Of a stretch of DNA of 64,000 nt, positions 1 to 10,382 are shown piece by piece (within the stretch, counting starts at the first letter, position 1; each line of letters opens with the position of its first letter). The translations under genes and the position numbers were made by a program. This DNA comes from Candidatus Margulisiibacteriota bacterium (GTDB lineage: Bacteria; Margulisbacteria; WOR-1; O2-12-FULL-45-9). Location: positions 22,205-86,204 of the forward strand of contig JAYEOW010000024.1 in NCBI GenBank assembly GCA_034723395.1, given 5' to 3'. Below the pieces are notes generated by a model. The model saw only the letters and a list, made by a program, of their open reading frames with translations. It had not been told where the DNA came from and did not search any database.

Positions 1-39
1 TCCTGATACTATAAAATGTTTTCAGGAGGGTTTTTTTCT

Positions 40-1602
40 ATGTTATTTACGAACTCTTTATATTATAAAAAGTTGAAGGAGCTTGCCGGCTCCTCCAAGC
101 CAGACCGGCCTAAAGGCTTTGATGAAGCTTTCACCGTAAAAACCGAACATGCTTACTTTGACTTTTCCCGCCAGCTTGTCACCTCGGATGTCATGCAATC
201 GCTCTTTGAACTAGCCAAAGAAAGAAATTTAAAAGATAAGATTGAAGCCATGTTTAAGGGTGATAAAATCAACAAAACTGAAAACCGATCGGTTCTTCAT
301 GTTGCCCTGCGTAGTGGAGAAAATCCTGAGGTAGAGGCAGTCCTGGCCAAGATCAAATCCTTTTCCGAAGAAGTTCTATCTGGAAAGAGAACTGGCGCAA
401 CTGGCAAAAAGCTTAAAAATATTGTATCCATTGGCATTGGTGGATCCTATCTTGGACCCGAATACTTCGCGGTTGCCCTTCGGCCATACGCTCAAAAGGA
501 TATGAATCTTATCTTTGTAGCAAACGTTGACGGGACCGATTTTGCCGAAAAAACTGCCGGGTTAGATCCCGCAGAGACACTTATTATTATTGTTTCGAAA
601 ACCTTTACTACTGCAGAAACGATGTTAAATGCAGATACCGCAAAAAAATGGATTCTGGACGGATTAGAAAATCACCCCGAGGCCATAAAAAAACATTTTG
701 CCGCGGTTTCAACTGCCAAGGATAAAGTCAAAGCTTTTGGAATTGATGCAGAAAACATGTTCGGATTCTGGGATTGGGTCGGCGGACGTTTTAGCGCAAC
801 TTCAGCAGTTGGAGCGGTCCCGCTATCGCTTTATCTCGGATTTGATAATTTTAAAAAGATACTCGATGGCGCCAAGTGGATGGATGAGCACTTTAGAAAT
901 GTCCCTTTTGAACAAAATATACCGGTCATTTCGGCCTTAATAGATATCTGGAATATTAATTTCCTGGGATTAAAGACTCGCGCGCTGCTCCCCTATTCCC
1001 AAGGATTGGCAAAACTTCCCGCCCATACCCAACAGGTAGAGATGGAGAGCAATGGAAAACGGGTAGATCTGGAAGGAAATCCAATTGATTTTGATACGGG
1101 AGAGGTTGTTTTTGGAGAGCCGGGAACAAACGGACAACACTCTTTTTATCAATTGCTTCACCAGGGCGCCCAGATCATCCCCTCTGATTTCGTCGGCTTT
1201 ATTAAACCTCAGTATCAACTAGGTAAATCAACTGATAAAACAGTTACTCATCATCAGGAACTTATGACCAATTTTTTGGCACAACCTGACGCTTTAGCTT
1301 TCGGCAAAAAAGATTCCAACCCGGCAAAGGACTTCCCCGGCAACCGGCCTTCGAGTTCCATGCTATTAGAGGAGCTTAATCCGTTTACTGCTGGTCTCCT
1401 CCTTGCCTGGACCGAACATCGAGCCGCGACCAAAGGATTTATTTGGGGGATCAACAGTTTTGATCAGGAGGGGGTTCAGTTAGGTAAAGTTTTAGGTAAA
1501 GATCATCGAAGGAGAATGTTAGAGTTTAATTCATCTGGAAAAGTTGATGTTAAAGGATTAAGCCCATCGACCGCAGCCATGCTTAAGAGGATATTAGCTT
1601 AA
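40..1602 (+). CDS. pgi: glucose-6-phosphate isomerase
   Basis: Motifs IGIGGSYLGP, SKTFTTAET, FWDWVGGRFS, MESNGK, GTNGQHSFYQLLHQG, INSFDQ.GV.LGK. Start moved from 16 to ATG 40 because AGGAGG lies at 24-29. Confidence 0.97.
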   Translation: MLFTNSLYYKKLKELAGSSKPDRPKGFDEAFTVKTEHAYFDFSRQLVTSDVMQSLFELAKERNLKDKIEAMFKGDKINKTENRSVLHVALRSGENPEVEAVLAKIKSFSEEVLSGKRTGATGKKLKNIVSIGIGGSYLGPEYFAVALRPYAQKDMNLIFVANVDGTDFAEKTAGLDPAETLIIIVSKTFTTAETMLNADTAKKWILDGLENHPEAIKKHFAAVSTAKDKVKAFGIDAENMFGFWDWVGGRFSATSAVGAVPLSLYLGFDNFKKILDGAKWMDEHFRNVPFEQNIPVISALIDIWNINFLGLKTRALLPYSQGLAKLPAHTQQVEMESNGKRVDLEGNPIDFDTGEVVFGEPGTNGQHSFYQLLHQGAQIIPSDFVGFIKPQYQLGKSTDKTVTHHQELMTNFLAQPDALAFGKKDSNPAKDFPGNRPSSSMLLEELNPFTAGLLLAWTEHRAATKGFIWGINSFDQEGVQLGKVLGKDHRRRMLEFNSSGKVDVKGLSPSTAAMLKRILA

Positions 1603-1663
1603 TAAACTCGGCCTCCCCCTACGCTCTCCAAGCTCCGGGGGACATGTCGGAGATTATCTTCAG
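1583..1663 (-). pseudogene. relic ligA 3' end no. 1, interrupted by a 33-nt in-frame palindromic insertion
   Basis: Minus strand reads LKIIS[DMSPGAWRA*G]EAEFIKLISS*, versus intact LigA ...[13 protein letters not shown] and relic no. 2 [12 protein letters not shown]. Overlaps the pgi stop. Confidence 0.75.
1615..1646. repeat. short GC-rich hairpin repeat, CCYCC-TWCGCT..AG.T.CGGRGG type
   Basis: ccccc-tacgctctccaagctcc-ggggg-acatg aligns with the infB-internal copy cctcc-ttcgctaaagtttc-ggagg-gtaag at 8517-8541 (- strand). Confidence 0.6.
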
Positions 1664-1665
1664 GT

Positions 1666-1694
1666 TTCCCAAACATGCAGGAATACGCTATAAT
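1666..1694 (+). promoter_or_regulatory. putative sigma70 promoter, probably giving a leaderless transcript for the DUF5674 gene
   Basis: TTCCCA (1666-1671), 17 nt, TATAAT (1689-1694). ATG follows at 1702 with no Shine-Dalgarno in between. Confidence 0.5.
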
Positions 1695-1701
1695 AAGATT
1701 T

Positions 1702-2043
1702 ATGAAAATTGTTAGCAATCCGATAACACTACAAGAGATCAAGCAAATGGCCAAAAGTAAATTTGGCAACTTCGTTAAAGCAGTGGTAGACATCGAGCGT
1801 TCCTTAATTGTACTCGACGCTGAGCTGCATGCCGATGAGGAAGCTCTATTAATTGAAAACGGATCAAAATCTCATGATTTATGGGGTATAAACCTGTATC
1901 CCGATCTCCCATTTGAAGATTTCATTGAATACGATTCTATGATCAACCTTAAGCCTTCAGAGAACAATCGAAGTCGCGGGGTTGAAAGCCCTGAAATAAG
2001 GGAAAAAATAACCCAGATCGTAAGGAAGTTCATCAAACTATGA
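1702..2043 (+). CDS. DUF5674-like conserved protein
   Basis: KAVVDIER...AELHADEE.LLIENGS...LWGINLYP...IEYDSMINLKP..NNRSR, recognised from memory as the DUF5674 pattern. Start placed at ATG 1702. Confidence 0.75.
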   Translation: MKIVSNPITLQEIKQMAKSKFGNFVKAVVDIERSLIVLDAELHADEEALLIENGSKSHDLWGINLYPDLPFEDFIEYDSMINLKPSENNRSRGVESPEIREKITQIVRKFIKL

Positions 2044-2366
2044 CTCCGCAACATCAAGAACTGGCCTCTGGAAAATGGAAATCTTTGAGCTTTGTCGAGC
2101 AAATGGCAAATATCGGAAGCGAGGTAGAAAGGGCTATAAGCTGGCGGAATAAGGCCAATCAAGAATATAGCCGCTTGGCTTTTGAACGATCTCTTGAGCT
2201 TTTGGATTTATCACTTTCCGCCGGACTATCCTTTCCACGATTAAAAGAACTAACTCGCCTCAGAGAAATGCTTGCTGATTATTTTGTTTTCGGGAATAGT
2301 TTTAATTCGACGGACTCCCAGTGGCAGAAATATTTCTTAGCCTTTAACTTTGCGGCCAGAGCCTAA
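2040..2366 (+). CDS. conserved helical hypothetical protein, translationally coupled to the DUF5674 gene
   Basis: ATGA overlap with the upstream stop. Motif [18 protein letters not shown]...ERSLELLDL; 108 aa that look all-helical. Confidence 0.75.
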   Translation: MTPQHQELASGKWKSLSFVEQMANIGSEVERAISWRNKANQEYSRLAFERSLELLDLSLSAGLSFPRLKELTRLREMLADYFVFGNSFNSTDSQWQKYFLAFNFAARA

Positions 2367-2478
2367 TAAATTCGGCTTCGGAGATAATCTTGAGGCCGAG
2401 TTTTTTTGCCTTCTCAGCCTTCGATCCAGGATCATGCCCTACCACCACATAGTCGGTCTGCTTAGAAACTGACGAAGA
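2344..2478 (-). pseudogene. relic ligA 3' end no. 2 (BRCT tail)
   Basis: Translates [44 protein letters not shown], versus Lig[42 protein letters not shown]. 32 of the first 37 aa identical; no start codon. Confidence 0.92.
2368..2407 (+). terminator. possible intrinsic terminator lying within the ligA relic sequence
   Basis: Stem aaattcggcttc / gaggccgagttt followed by a T7 run, directly after the 2040-2366 stop. Confidence 0.5.
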
Positions 2479-2501
2479 TTGAAAGATGAATTCCCAGGGG
2501 G

Positions 2502-2574
2502 AACCACCCCTTCTGTCCCTCGACCCCTCGACAAGCTCGGGGCTCGGGACATCTTCCCCTTATAAGGGGGAAGA
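2502..2574. repeat. compound REP-like palindrome with a nested hairpin
   Basis: aaccacccc..[gtccctcga(cccctcgacaagctcgggg)ctcgggac]..tcttccccttataagggggaaga. Confidence 0.8.
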
Positions 2575-2820
2575 ACACGAATGCGCTGATATCTCTTTCT
2601 TGATTTGTTTAACAACAAGATCAATGTCTGAAAAGATCTCATCATTTGTACATCTGAAAACCCGAATTCCAATACTTTCGAATATCCTTTGGCGCTCCTG
2701 ATCATAGATCTTTTGGTCTTCATCAAGATGATATCCACCATCAACTTCAATTGCCAATTTTAATTCGGGCGAGTAAAAATCAATCACAAAACCGCCAATA
2801 CTGTTGTCATGTCTTAATAT
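2560..2820 (-). pseudogene. DUF559 / Vsr-like endonuclease, N-terminally truncated
   Basis: SIGGFVIDFYSPELKLAIEVDGGYH...YDQERQ...GIRVFRCTN is the DUF559 core. The usual N-terminal helix and the KFRRQ motif are missing, and an in-frame stop lies just upstream. Confidence 0.75.
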
Positions 2821-2829
2821 AAATAATAG

Positions 2830-2956
2830 TCTCCCCCTTTATAAGGGGGAGATAAAGAGGGGGTCGTTATACTCAAAACCTTCCTTTCCTTTATAAGGGG
2901 GAGATTTAGAGGGGGTTGTTGGAACCACCCTCCCCTCACGATATCAGAGGGGGTCG

Positions 2957-2959
<3 letters not shown>
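2830..2959. repeat. cluster of REP-like palindromes CCCCCTTTATAAGGGGGAGA...AGAGGGGGT
   Basis: Copies at 2830-2869 and about 2884-2916, plus a tail copy at 2940-2959 (gatatcagagggggtcgtta) that contains the ligA stop codon. Confidence 0.8.
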
Positions 2960-4977
<2,018 letters not shown>

Positions 4978-5400
4978 CAGAATTGTACTGGTCGGGATAA
5001 GAACACTCTCCAGCCGCCCTACTTTTGCAAGGGTGATGATTGTGTCCATGTTTACCGCCTGGGTAATATGGAACGGCCGGGCATAGGTTCGCATTAGTTT
5101 CGAAAGGTGCGCGCCGCAACCTAGATCATCACCTATATCAGAAGCCAGCTGGCGAATGTAGGTTCCCTTCGTACACATAACCTCAATCGTCACCTTAGGA
5201 TGTTCCCCTGCCTCGAAGTTGATCAGCTTAATGCTGTGGACCGTTACCTTCCTCGGCTCCCGCTTAACTTCGATCCCCTCCCTAGCTAGTTTATAAAGCC
5301 GTTTCCCTTTAACCTTAACCGCCGAATACATCGGCGGCGTCTGTAGTATTTCACCCTTATATTTTTTTATTATTTCTTCGATTTCTTTGATTGAAGATTT

Positions 5401-5428
5401 ATTTGTAATTTGACATTTGTCATTTGAA
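5401..5428. repeat. four degenerate 7-nt tandem repeats inside truB
   Basis: atttgta atttgac atttgtc atttgaa, encoding SNDKCQITN. Confidence 0.6.
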
Positions 5429-5687
5429 ATTATTTGTCCGTCACTATCCAAAGTATCAGTCCTAATCCCCAAGGTCATTTCGGCAAGATACCCCTTATCT
5501 CCGCTCATAAAATGCTGAATTGACTTAGTCGCTTTTCCAATGAAGATAGGAAGAACACCGGTCGCGTTTGGATCAAGCGTGCCCGAATGGCCTACCTTTT
5601 TAGTTCTAGAGAGGTTCCTGATCTTAGCGCACACGTCAAACGAGGTCCATCCCTGCGGTTTATTTACGATGATTATTCCATCCATAT

Positions 5688-6665
5688 CTACACCAGATAT
5701 TTCATCGCTTTTAAATATTTTGTTACTTCGGCGATGACCTTTTCCTTGGCATCCTCAATATTACCAGAAATTATCGCTCCGGCGGCGCGTATATGCCCGC
5801 CGCCGCCAAATCGCTTGGCAATATCTGACACATTCACTTTTTCCTTCGACCTTAAATTTACCTTGACCTTATTATGATCTTCACGAAATTGGATCGCTAC
5901 CTCTACCCCTTCGATCGATCGGATAATATCCACCAATCCGACCAGGTCCTCCCCCTTTGCTTTTATTCTATCCATCATCTCCTGGGTAACCGTTATCCAG
6001 GCAGCTTTCCGGTCGGGTGATGTCTCTAATGTGGCCAGCGCCAACGCAAGCATGTGGATACTGGCAATGCTTTTTGTATCATAGATCTTTGTTGTTATGT
6101 CATGTGTATCTACACCGGCTTTGATCAGATCCCCCGCCATTTCAAAGGTTGCGGCGGAAGTATTTTCATAGCGGTAATTCCCGGTATCAGTGATCAGGGC
6201 CGCGTAAAGGTTCTCGGCCATCTCTTCAGTGATTTCAACCTCTAAATATTTTGCCAGCCTGTATACCAGTTCTGCGGCAGAGGAACATTTCTCCACAAAA
6301 TTCATATCGCCGTAGTTTGTATTGTCTGGATGATGGTCGATATTTATAACCTTATTGGCAATCTCCCTGATATCAACGTCATCCCCCAAACGGTTTTTGC
6401 TGGATGAATCTACCGCTACCAAAAGATCATAATTAAGATCGTTCCGCAATTCGTTCTTTACTTTTTCCATCCAGGGGAGAAATCGATAGACGCGCGGGAT
6501 GCCGTCTTTGGAATACATGTCGGTATTGATCCCCATGCTGGTCATGATCATCGCCATGCTGATCATCGATCCGATCGAATCTCCGTCCGGATCGACATGG
6601 GAGACGACCAGCGCGGTGCGGGCTCCTTTGAGCGCTTTTTTAATGGTGGCTAGAATTTCTCTCAC
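5688..6665 (-). CDS. nrnA: DHH-family bifunctional oligoribonuclease / pAp phosphatase
   Basis: H..PDGDS.GS, IDHH, TDTG.Y, GGGGH.RAAG; canonical position between rbfA and truB. Confidence 0.9.
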   Translation of the reverse strand: MREILATIKKALKGARTALVVSHVDPDGDSIGSMISMAMIMTSMGINTDMYSKDGIPRVYRFLPWMEKVKNELRNDLNYDLLVAVDSSSKNRLGDDVDIREIANKVINIDHHPDNTNYGDMNFVEKCSSAAELVYRLAKYLEVEITEEMAENLYAALITDTGNYRYENTSAATFEMAGDLIKAGVDTHDITTKIYDTKSIASIHMLALALATLETSPDRKAAWITVTQEMMDRIKAKGEDLVGLVDIIRSIEGVEVAIQFREDHNKVKVNLRSKEKVNVSDIAKRFGGGGHIRAAGAIISGNIEDAKEKVIAEVTKYLKAMKYLV

Positions 6666-6987
6666 GTTTTAGGATACCCAGGACCTTGTCCCCTTTTTCA
6701 AGCGAATCGTCACGGACAAACCGGATGTTGGGGACCTCCCTTAACTCAAGCACATTACCTAATTTACCGCGGATAAAACGGGTCGCGGAAATAAGCCCGG
6801 CCATGCTATCTTTTTTCTGGGATTCATCACCAAGGATACTGACAAAGATCATGGCGTTTTCGAAGTCAGGGGAAATATCGACATTAGTAATGCTGACAAA
6901 ACCGATGCGCGGGTCCGACACATCTTCGCGGATTATTTCGCTGATCTCTTTCCTGATTAATTTACTTAGACGCTCTACCCTGCTCAC
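6640..6987 (-). CDS. rbfA: 30S ribosome-binding factor A
   Basis: RVERL...I..EIS.II...V.DPRIG.V.IT.V..SPD...LR.VP.I.F..D.S. GTG start at 6987 after AGGAGG. Confidence 0.93.
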   Translation of the reverse strand: MSRVERLSKLIRKEISEIIREDVSDPRIGFVSITNVDISPDFENAMIFVSILGDESQKKDSMAGLISATRFIRGKLGNVLELREVPNIRFVRDDSLEKGDKVLGILKRERNSSHH

Positions 6988-8992
6988 TCTTCCCCCTCCT
7001 CTTTTCCCGGATCTCATAGGCTTCTATGCTATCGCCTTTTCTAAATCCAGGGAAACTGGGGATCACGACTCCGCACTCAAAACTCTGATCAACTGATTTG
7101 ACGTCATCCTTAAAACGTTTTAGCGATTCGAGCTTTCCTTCAAACACCTGATCGGCGCCTCTGGAGATACGGACCATCCCTCCCCTAACTAACTTACCAT
7201 CTTTCACAAATGATCCGGCAATAACGCCGACCTTCGATGATTTAAATATAGAACGGACCTCGGCATGGCCAACGACCACCTCTTCGTACTCCGGTTCGAG
7301 CAGCCCCTCCATTGCCAGCTTTACGTCTTCGATCAATTTATAAATAATATTGTAGCGGCGGACCTCGATCCCCTCTTTCTGGGCGACCGCCTCCGCGCTC
7401 CCCTCAAAACCGACATGGAAACCGATCACGATCGCGGACGATGCGCGCGCCAGCATAATGTCCGATTCGGTGATCGGGCCTACGGCGTGATGGATAATAT
7501 TTATATGGATATTCTCAATAACTAATCCGGTCACCGATTGGGAGATAGCATCGATCGATCCCTGGACGTCGGCTTTTAAGATCAGGGCGAGGTCCTTTTT
7601 CTCGCCCTCTTTAACATGTTTGGAGAAGTCTTCCAGAGAGAGGACCTTTCCAGACAATCTCTTTTTCTTTGTTTCCAGTTTCTGCTCGGCCATTTCACGG
7701 GCCACTTTTTCGGAAGAAACAACTCTTAGCGTATCGCCCGCGCCTGGGACTTCGACACACCCCAAAACCTCGACCGGGGTCGACGGGCCTGCCTTTTTCA
7801 TCCGTTCACCCTTATCGTTAAAAAGCGCGCGGACCTTCCCATAAGTGGCGCCGATGTTAAAAACATCACCAATTTTTATGGTACCGTTCTGGATCAATAC
7901 CGAAGCGACCGGGCCACGCCCTTTATCTAACCTGGATTCAATGACCACCCCTGAAACCGTTCCATCCGGATCCGCTTTCAGCTCCTGCATTTCGGCAACC
8001 AATAAGATCATTTCTAAAAGATCGTTAACTCCCTCTCCTTTTAAGGCGGAGGTGTGGACCATAACCGTTTTGCCGCCCCAGTCTTCGGGGACCAACTCTA
8101 ATTCGGATAATTGCTGTTTAACGCGATCGGGATTAGATTCTTCCCGGTCGATCTTATTGATCGCGACAATGATCGGAACCTTGGCCGCTTTGGCGTGGTC
8201 GATCGCTTCTAATGTCTGCGGTTTTACTCCGTCGTCGGCCGCAACCACAAGGATCGCGATATCAGTTACCCTGGCGCCGCGGGCGCGCATCGTAGTAAAA
8301 GCCTCGTGGCCGGGGGTATCAAGGAAAGTTACGTCTTTACCATGTACCTTTACCTGATAAGCTCCGATATGCTGGGTTATCCCTCCCGCTTCACCTTCGG
8401 CAACCCTGGTTTTCCTGATGGCATCGAGCAGTTTTGTCTTACCGTGGTCGACATGCCCCATAACGGTAACGATCGGAGAGCGATGTTTTAAGTTTTCAGC
8501 TTTAACTTTTACCTTACCCTCCGAAACTTTAGCGAAGGAGGATTTCTTGATCGTGATATCTTTTCCGAGGTTACCTGCGATCTCTTTGGCAGTTTCAGCG
8601 TTGATCCGCTGGTTGATATTGGCCATAATTCCCTTCATCATTAATGCCTTGATCAATTCTGAAGGCTTTACTTTTATTTTCTCGGAGAGGTCTTTGACCG
8701 AAATATCATCGGTCTCGATAACCGGCCCTTTTGGAGCTTCAATTTTCTTCTCTTCTTTTATCGGCTCTTCAACAACTTCTTCTATTACTTCTACTTGCCC
8801 CGAGCTCTGTCGAGGGGCTTCAACTTTTTCTTCGGATGGTTTAACAACTTCTCTAACAACTTTAGCCGATTCTTCATCGATCGATGAAGCCGCGGTTTTG
8901 ACTTCGACCCCTAAATCCTTGAGCATTTTTATGAGCTCTTTGGACGCAATTCCAAGCTCTTTTGCTAATGTCCCTACTTTTACTTTTTTCAT
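6962..8992 (-). CDS. infB: translation initiation factor IF-2
   Basis: [28 protein letters not shown]; two IF2_N regions. Start either ATG 8992 or GTG 9013. Confidence 0.97.
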   Translation of the reverse strand: MKKVKVGTLAKELGIASKELIKMLKDLGVEVKTAASSIDEESAKVVREVVKPSEEKVEAPRQSSGQVEVIEEVVEEPIKEEKKIEAPKGPVIETDDISVKDLSEKIKVKPSELIKALMMKGIMANINQRINAETAKEIAGNLGKDITIKKSSFAKVSEGKVKVKAENLKHRSPIVTVMGHVDHGKTKLLDAIRKTRVAEGEAGGITQHIGAYQVKVHGKDVTFLDTPGHEAFTTMRARGARVTDIAILVVAADDGVKPQTLEAIDHAKAAKVPIIVAINKIDREESNPDRVKQQLSELELVPEDWGGKTVMVHTSALKGEGVNDLLEMILLVAEMQELKADPDGTVSGVVIESRLDKGRGPVASVLIQNGTIKIGDVFNIGATYGKVRALFNDKGERMKKAGPSTPVEVLGCVEVPGAGDTLRVVSSEKVAREMAEQKLETKKKRLSGKVLSLEDFSKHVKEGEKKDLALILKADVQGSIDAISQSVTGLVIENIHINIIHHAVGPITESDIMLARASSAIVIGFHVGFEGSAEAVAQKEGIEVRRYNIIYKLIEDVKLAMEGLLEPEYEEVVVGHAEVRSIFKSSKVGVIAGSFVKDGKLVRGGMVRISRGADQVFEGKLESLKRFKDDVKSVDQSFECGVVIPSFPGFRKGDSIEAYEIREKRRGKSEQGRASK
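8517..8541 (-). repeat. palindromic repeat in frame within infB (encodes SSFAKVSEG)
   Basis: Hairpin cctcc-ttcgctaaagtttc-ggagg; related to the copy at 1615-1646. Confidence 0.65.
8794..8818 (-). repeat. palindromic repeat in frame within infB (encodes APRQSSGQ)
   Basis: gcccctcgacagagctcggggcaag differs by a one-nt indel from the intergenic cccctcgacaagctcggggc at 2524-2543. Confidence 0.85.
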
Positions 8993-9006
8993 TTTTATTA
9001 TTATAT

Positions 9007-9112
9007 CCCTCACCCAATATTTTCTCTATCCTCCGGCCATCCAGACCGTCCCTCTCCCTGTGGGAGAGGGAGTGAATGAAAAACCATTAGACAGATAGCG
9101 CCTGGGTGAGGG
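9007..9112. mobile_element. 106-bp symmetric MITE/REP-like element between nusA and infB
   Basis: Terminal inverted repeats ccctcaccc (9007-9015) and gggtgaggg (9104-9112). Central palindrome ccctctccc-tgt-gggagaggg (9050-9070). Spacers of 34 and 33 nt. Confidence 0.6.
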
Positions 9113-9121
9113 CTGTAAACC

Positions 9122-10276
9122 CTACCCTTTCAACTTTCCCAAAGCTTCTTCCGGCACAATACTATTTGCCGCTTTGACTTCAAACCCGAGTTCCTTTAAC
9201 TTTTCGATCAACTCTTTGCTCTTAATCCCCATTTCTTTTGCAAGAGCACTAACTTTGACCTTTTGTTCTTTCTCTTCTTTTACTTCTTCTATCTTGGCTT
9301 TTGCCTTCACCGGTTTCTTGTCCTTCTCCGAGTCAGGAAGAATATCCAATTTCCATCCGGTAAGCTTTACCGCCAGGCGGACGTTGATCCCTTCCCGGCC
9401 GATCGCTAAAGAAAGCTCTTTATCCGGCACATAGACTTTGGCGGAGGTATCTTCCTCGTTAAGGACGATCTTGCTCGGTTTTGACGGGCTTAAGGCATTG
9501 TTTATAAAGGCGACTGGATCTTTTTTCCATTCGATAATATCGACCCTCTCCGGCCCTAATTCTCTTACGATATTCTGGATCCGGTTTCCCATATGGCCGA
9601 CGCATGTCCCGACCGCTCCGATCTTATTATCGTTTGAATATACTGCTATCTTAGTTCTCTTCCCCGCCTCTCTGGCGATCGCTTTGACCTCCAGCACTCC
9701 ATCTTTTATTTCCGGGACCTCAAGCTCAAAAAGTTTTTTTATTAATCCGGGATGCGATCTGGAAATTACGACGAACGGCCCGCGCGGGGTCTTTTTTGTT
9801 TCGACAATGTAAACTTTCACGCGTTCACGCTCGGAAAGCTGCTCGCCCGGGATCTGTTCCGGCGGAGTTAAGACGGTCTCAATCCGGCCGATGTTCACCA
9901 GATAGCCGCCGTATTCCCTTCGCTGGACCGTTCCGGTTATCAATTCTCCCTGTTTTTTATCGAACTCACTAAAGGTCATTTCTTTTTCCGCTTCCCTGAT
10001 CCTTTGGATGATAACCTGTTTTGCGGTTTGAGCGGCTAATCTGCCGAAATCTTTGGGGGTAACATCCTGCTTCTTTTTCCCTTCCTTGTGGATTATCCTC
10101 ACTTCTCCGTCATCTTTTATCTCCACTTCAAGGTTTTCTTCTTCCTCACCCCTGAAACGTTTTTTGGCAGCAGATAGTAAAGATACTTTTATAGCATCAA
10201 CGAGGACATCCTTGTTGATTCCCCGTTCTTTTTGGATTTCCTCCAACATCTCAGAAAATCGCTCTATTTTCATCAA
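9122..10276 (-). CDS. nusA: transcription termination/antitermination factor NusA with a C-terminal IF2_N-like domain
   Basis: FGRLAAQTAKQVIIQ.IREAE, S1 domain, AREAG.RTKIAV, AIGREG.NVRLA.KLTGWKLDI. Confidence 0.96.
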   Translation of the reverse strand: MMKIERFSEMLEEIQKERGINKDVLVDAIKVSLLSAAKKRFRGEEEENLEVEIKDDGEVRIIHKEGKKKQDVTPKDFGRLAAQTAKQVIIQRIREAEKEMTFSEFDKKQGELITGTVQRREYGGYLVNIGRIETVLTPPEQIPGEQLSERERVKVYIVETKKTPRGPFVVISRSHPGLIKKLFELEVPEIKDGVLEVKAIAREAGKRTKIAVYSNDNKIGAVGTCVGHMGNRIQNIVRELGPERVDIIEWKKDPVAFINNALSPSKPSKIVLNEEDTSAKVYVPDKELSLAIGREGINVRLAVKLTGWKLDILPDSEKDKKPVKAKAKIEEVKEEKEQKVKVSALAKEMGIKSKELIEKLKELGFEVKAANSIVPEEALGKLKG

Positions 10277-10300
10277 AACTCCCTTGCCCCAAGGCTTATT

Positions 10301-10334
10301 AAAAAGACAAAAGTGGGAACTACGCCCACTTTTG
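10301..10334 (-). terminator. rimP/nusA-leader type attenuator hairpin
   Basis: On -: caaaagtggg-cgtagtt-cccacttttg-tcttttt, between the promoter and nusA. The GTGGG/CCCAC stem is characteristic of rimP-nusA leaders. Confidence 0.75.
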
Positions 10335-10346
10335 CTTATCGTTCAG

Positions 10347-10375
10347 ATTATACAGCCGGTGGCTGTACTTGTCAA
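10347..10375 (-). promoter_or_regulatory. consensus sigma70 promoter of the nusA operon
   Basis: TTGACA (10375-10370), 17 nt, TATAAT (10352-10347). Confidence 0.9.
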
Positions 10376-10382
10376 ACCTAGG

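Noticed and set aside
1596-2395. Direct repeat flanking the DUF5674 pair, first read as a target-site duplication or duplicated terminator
   Set aside because: Better explained as two ligA tail relics: both translate to the LigA C-terminus and differ mostly at synonymous sites.
2439-2750. ORFs 2439-2750 (-) and 2486-2701 (+)
   Set aside because: Alternative-frame translations of the DUF559 relic and palindromes (PSTSSG, PPYKG); not independent genes.
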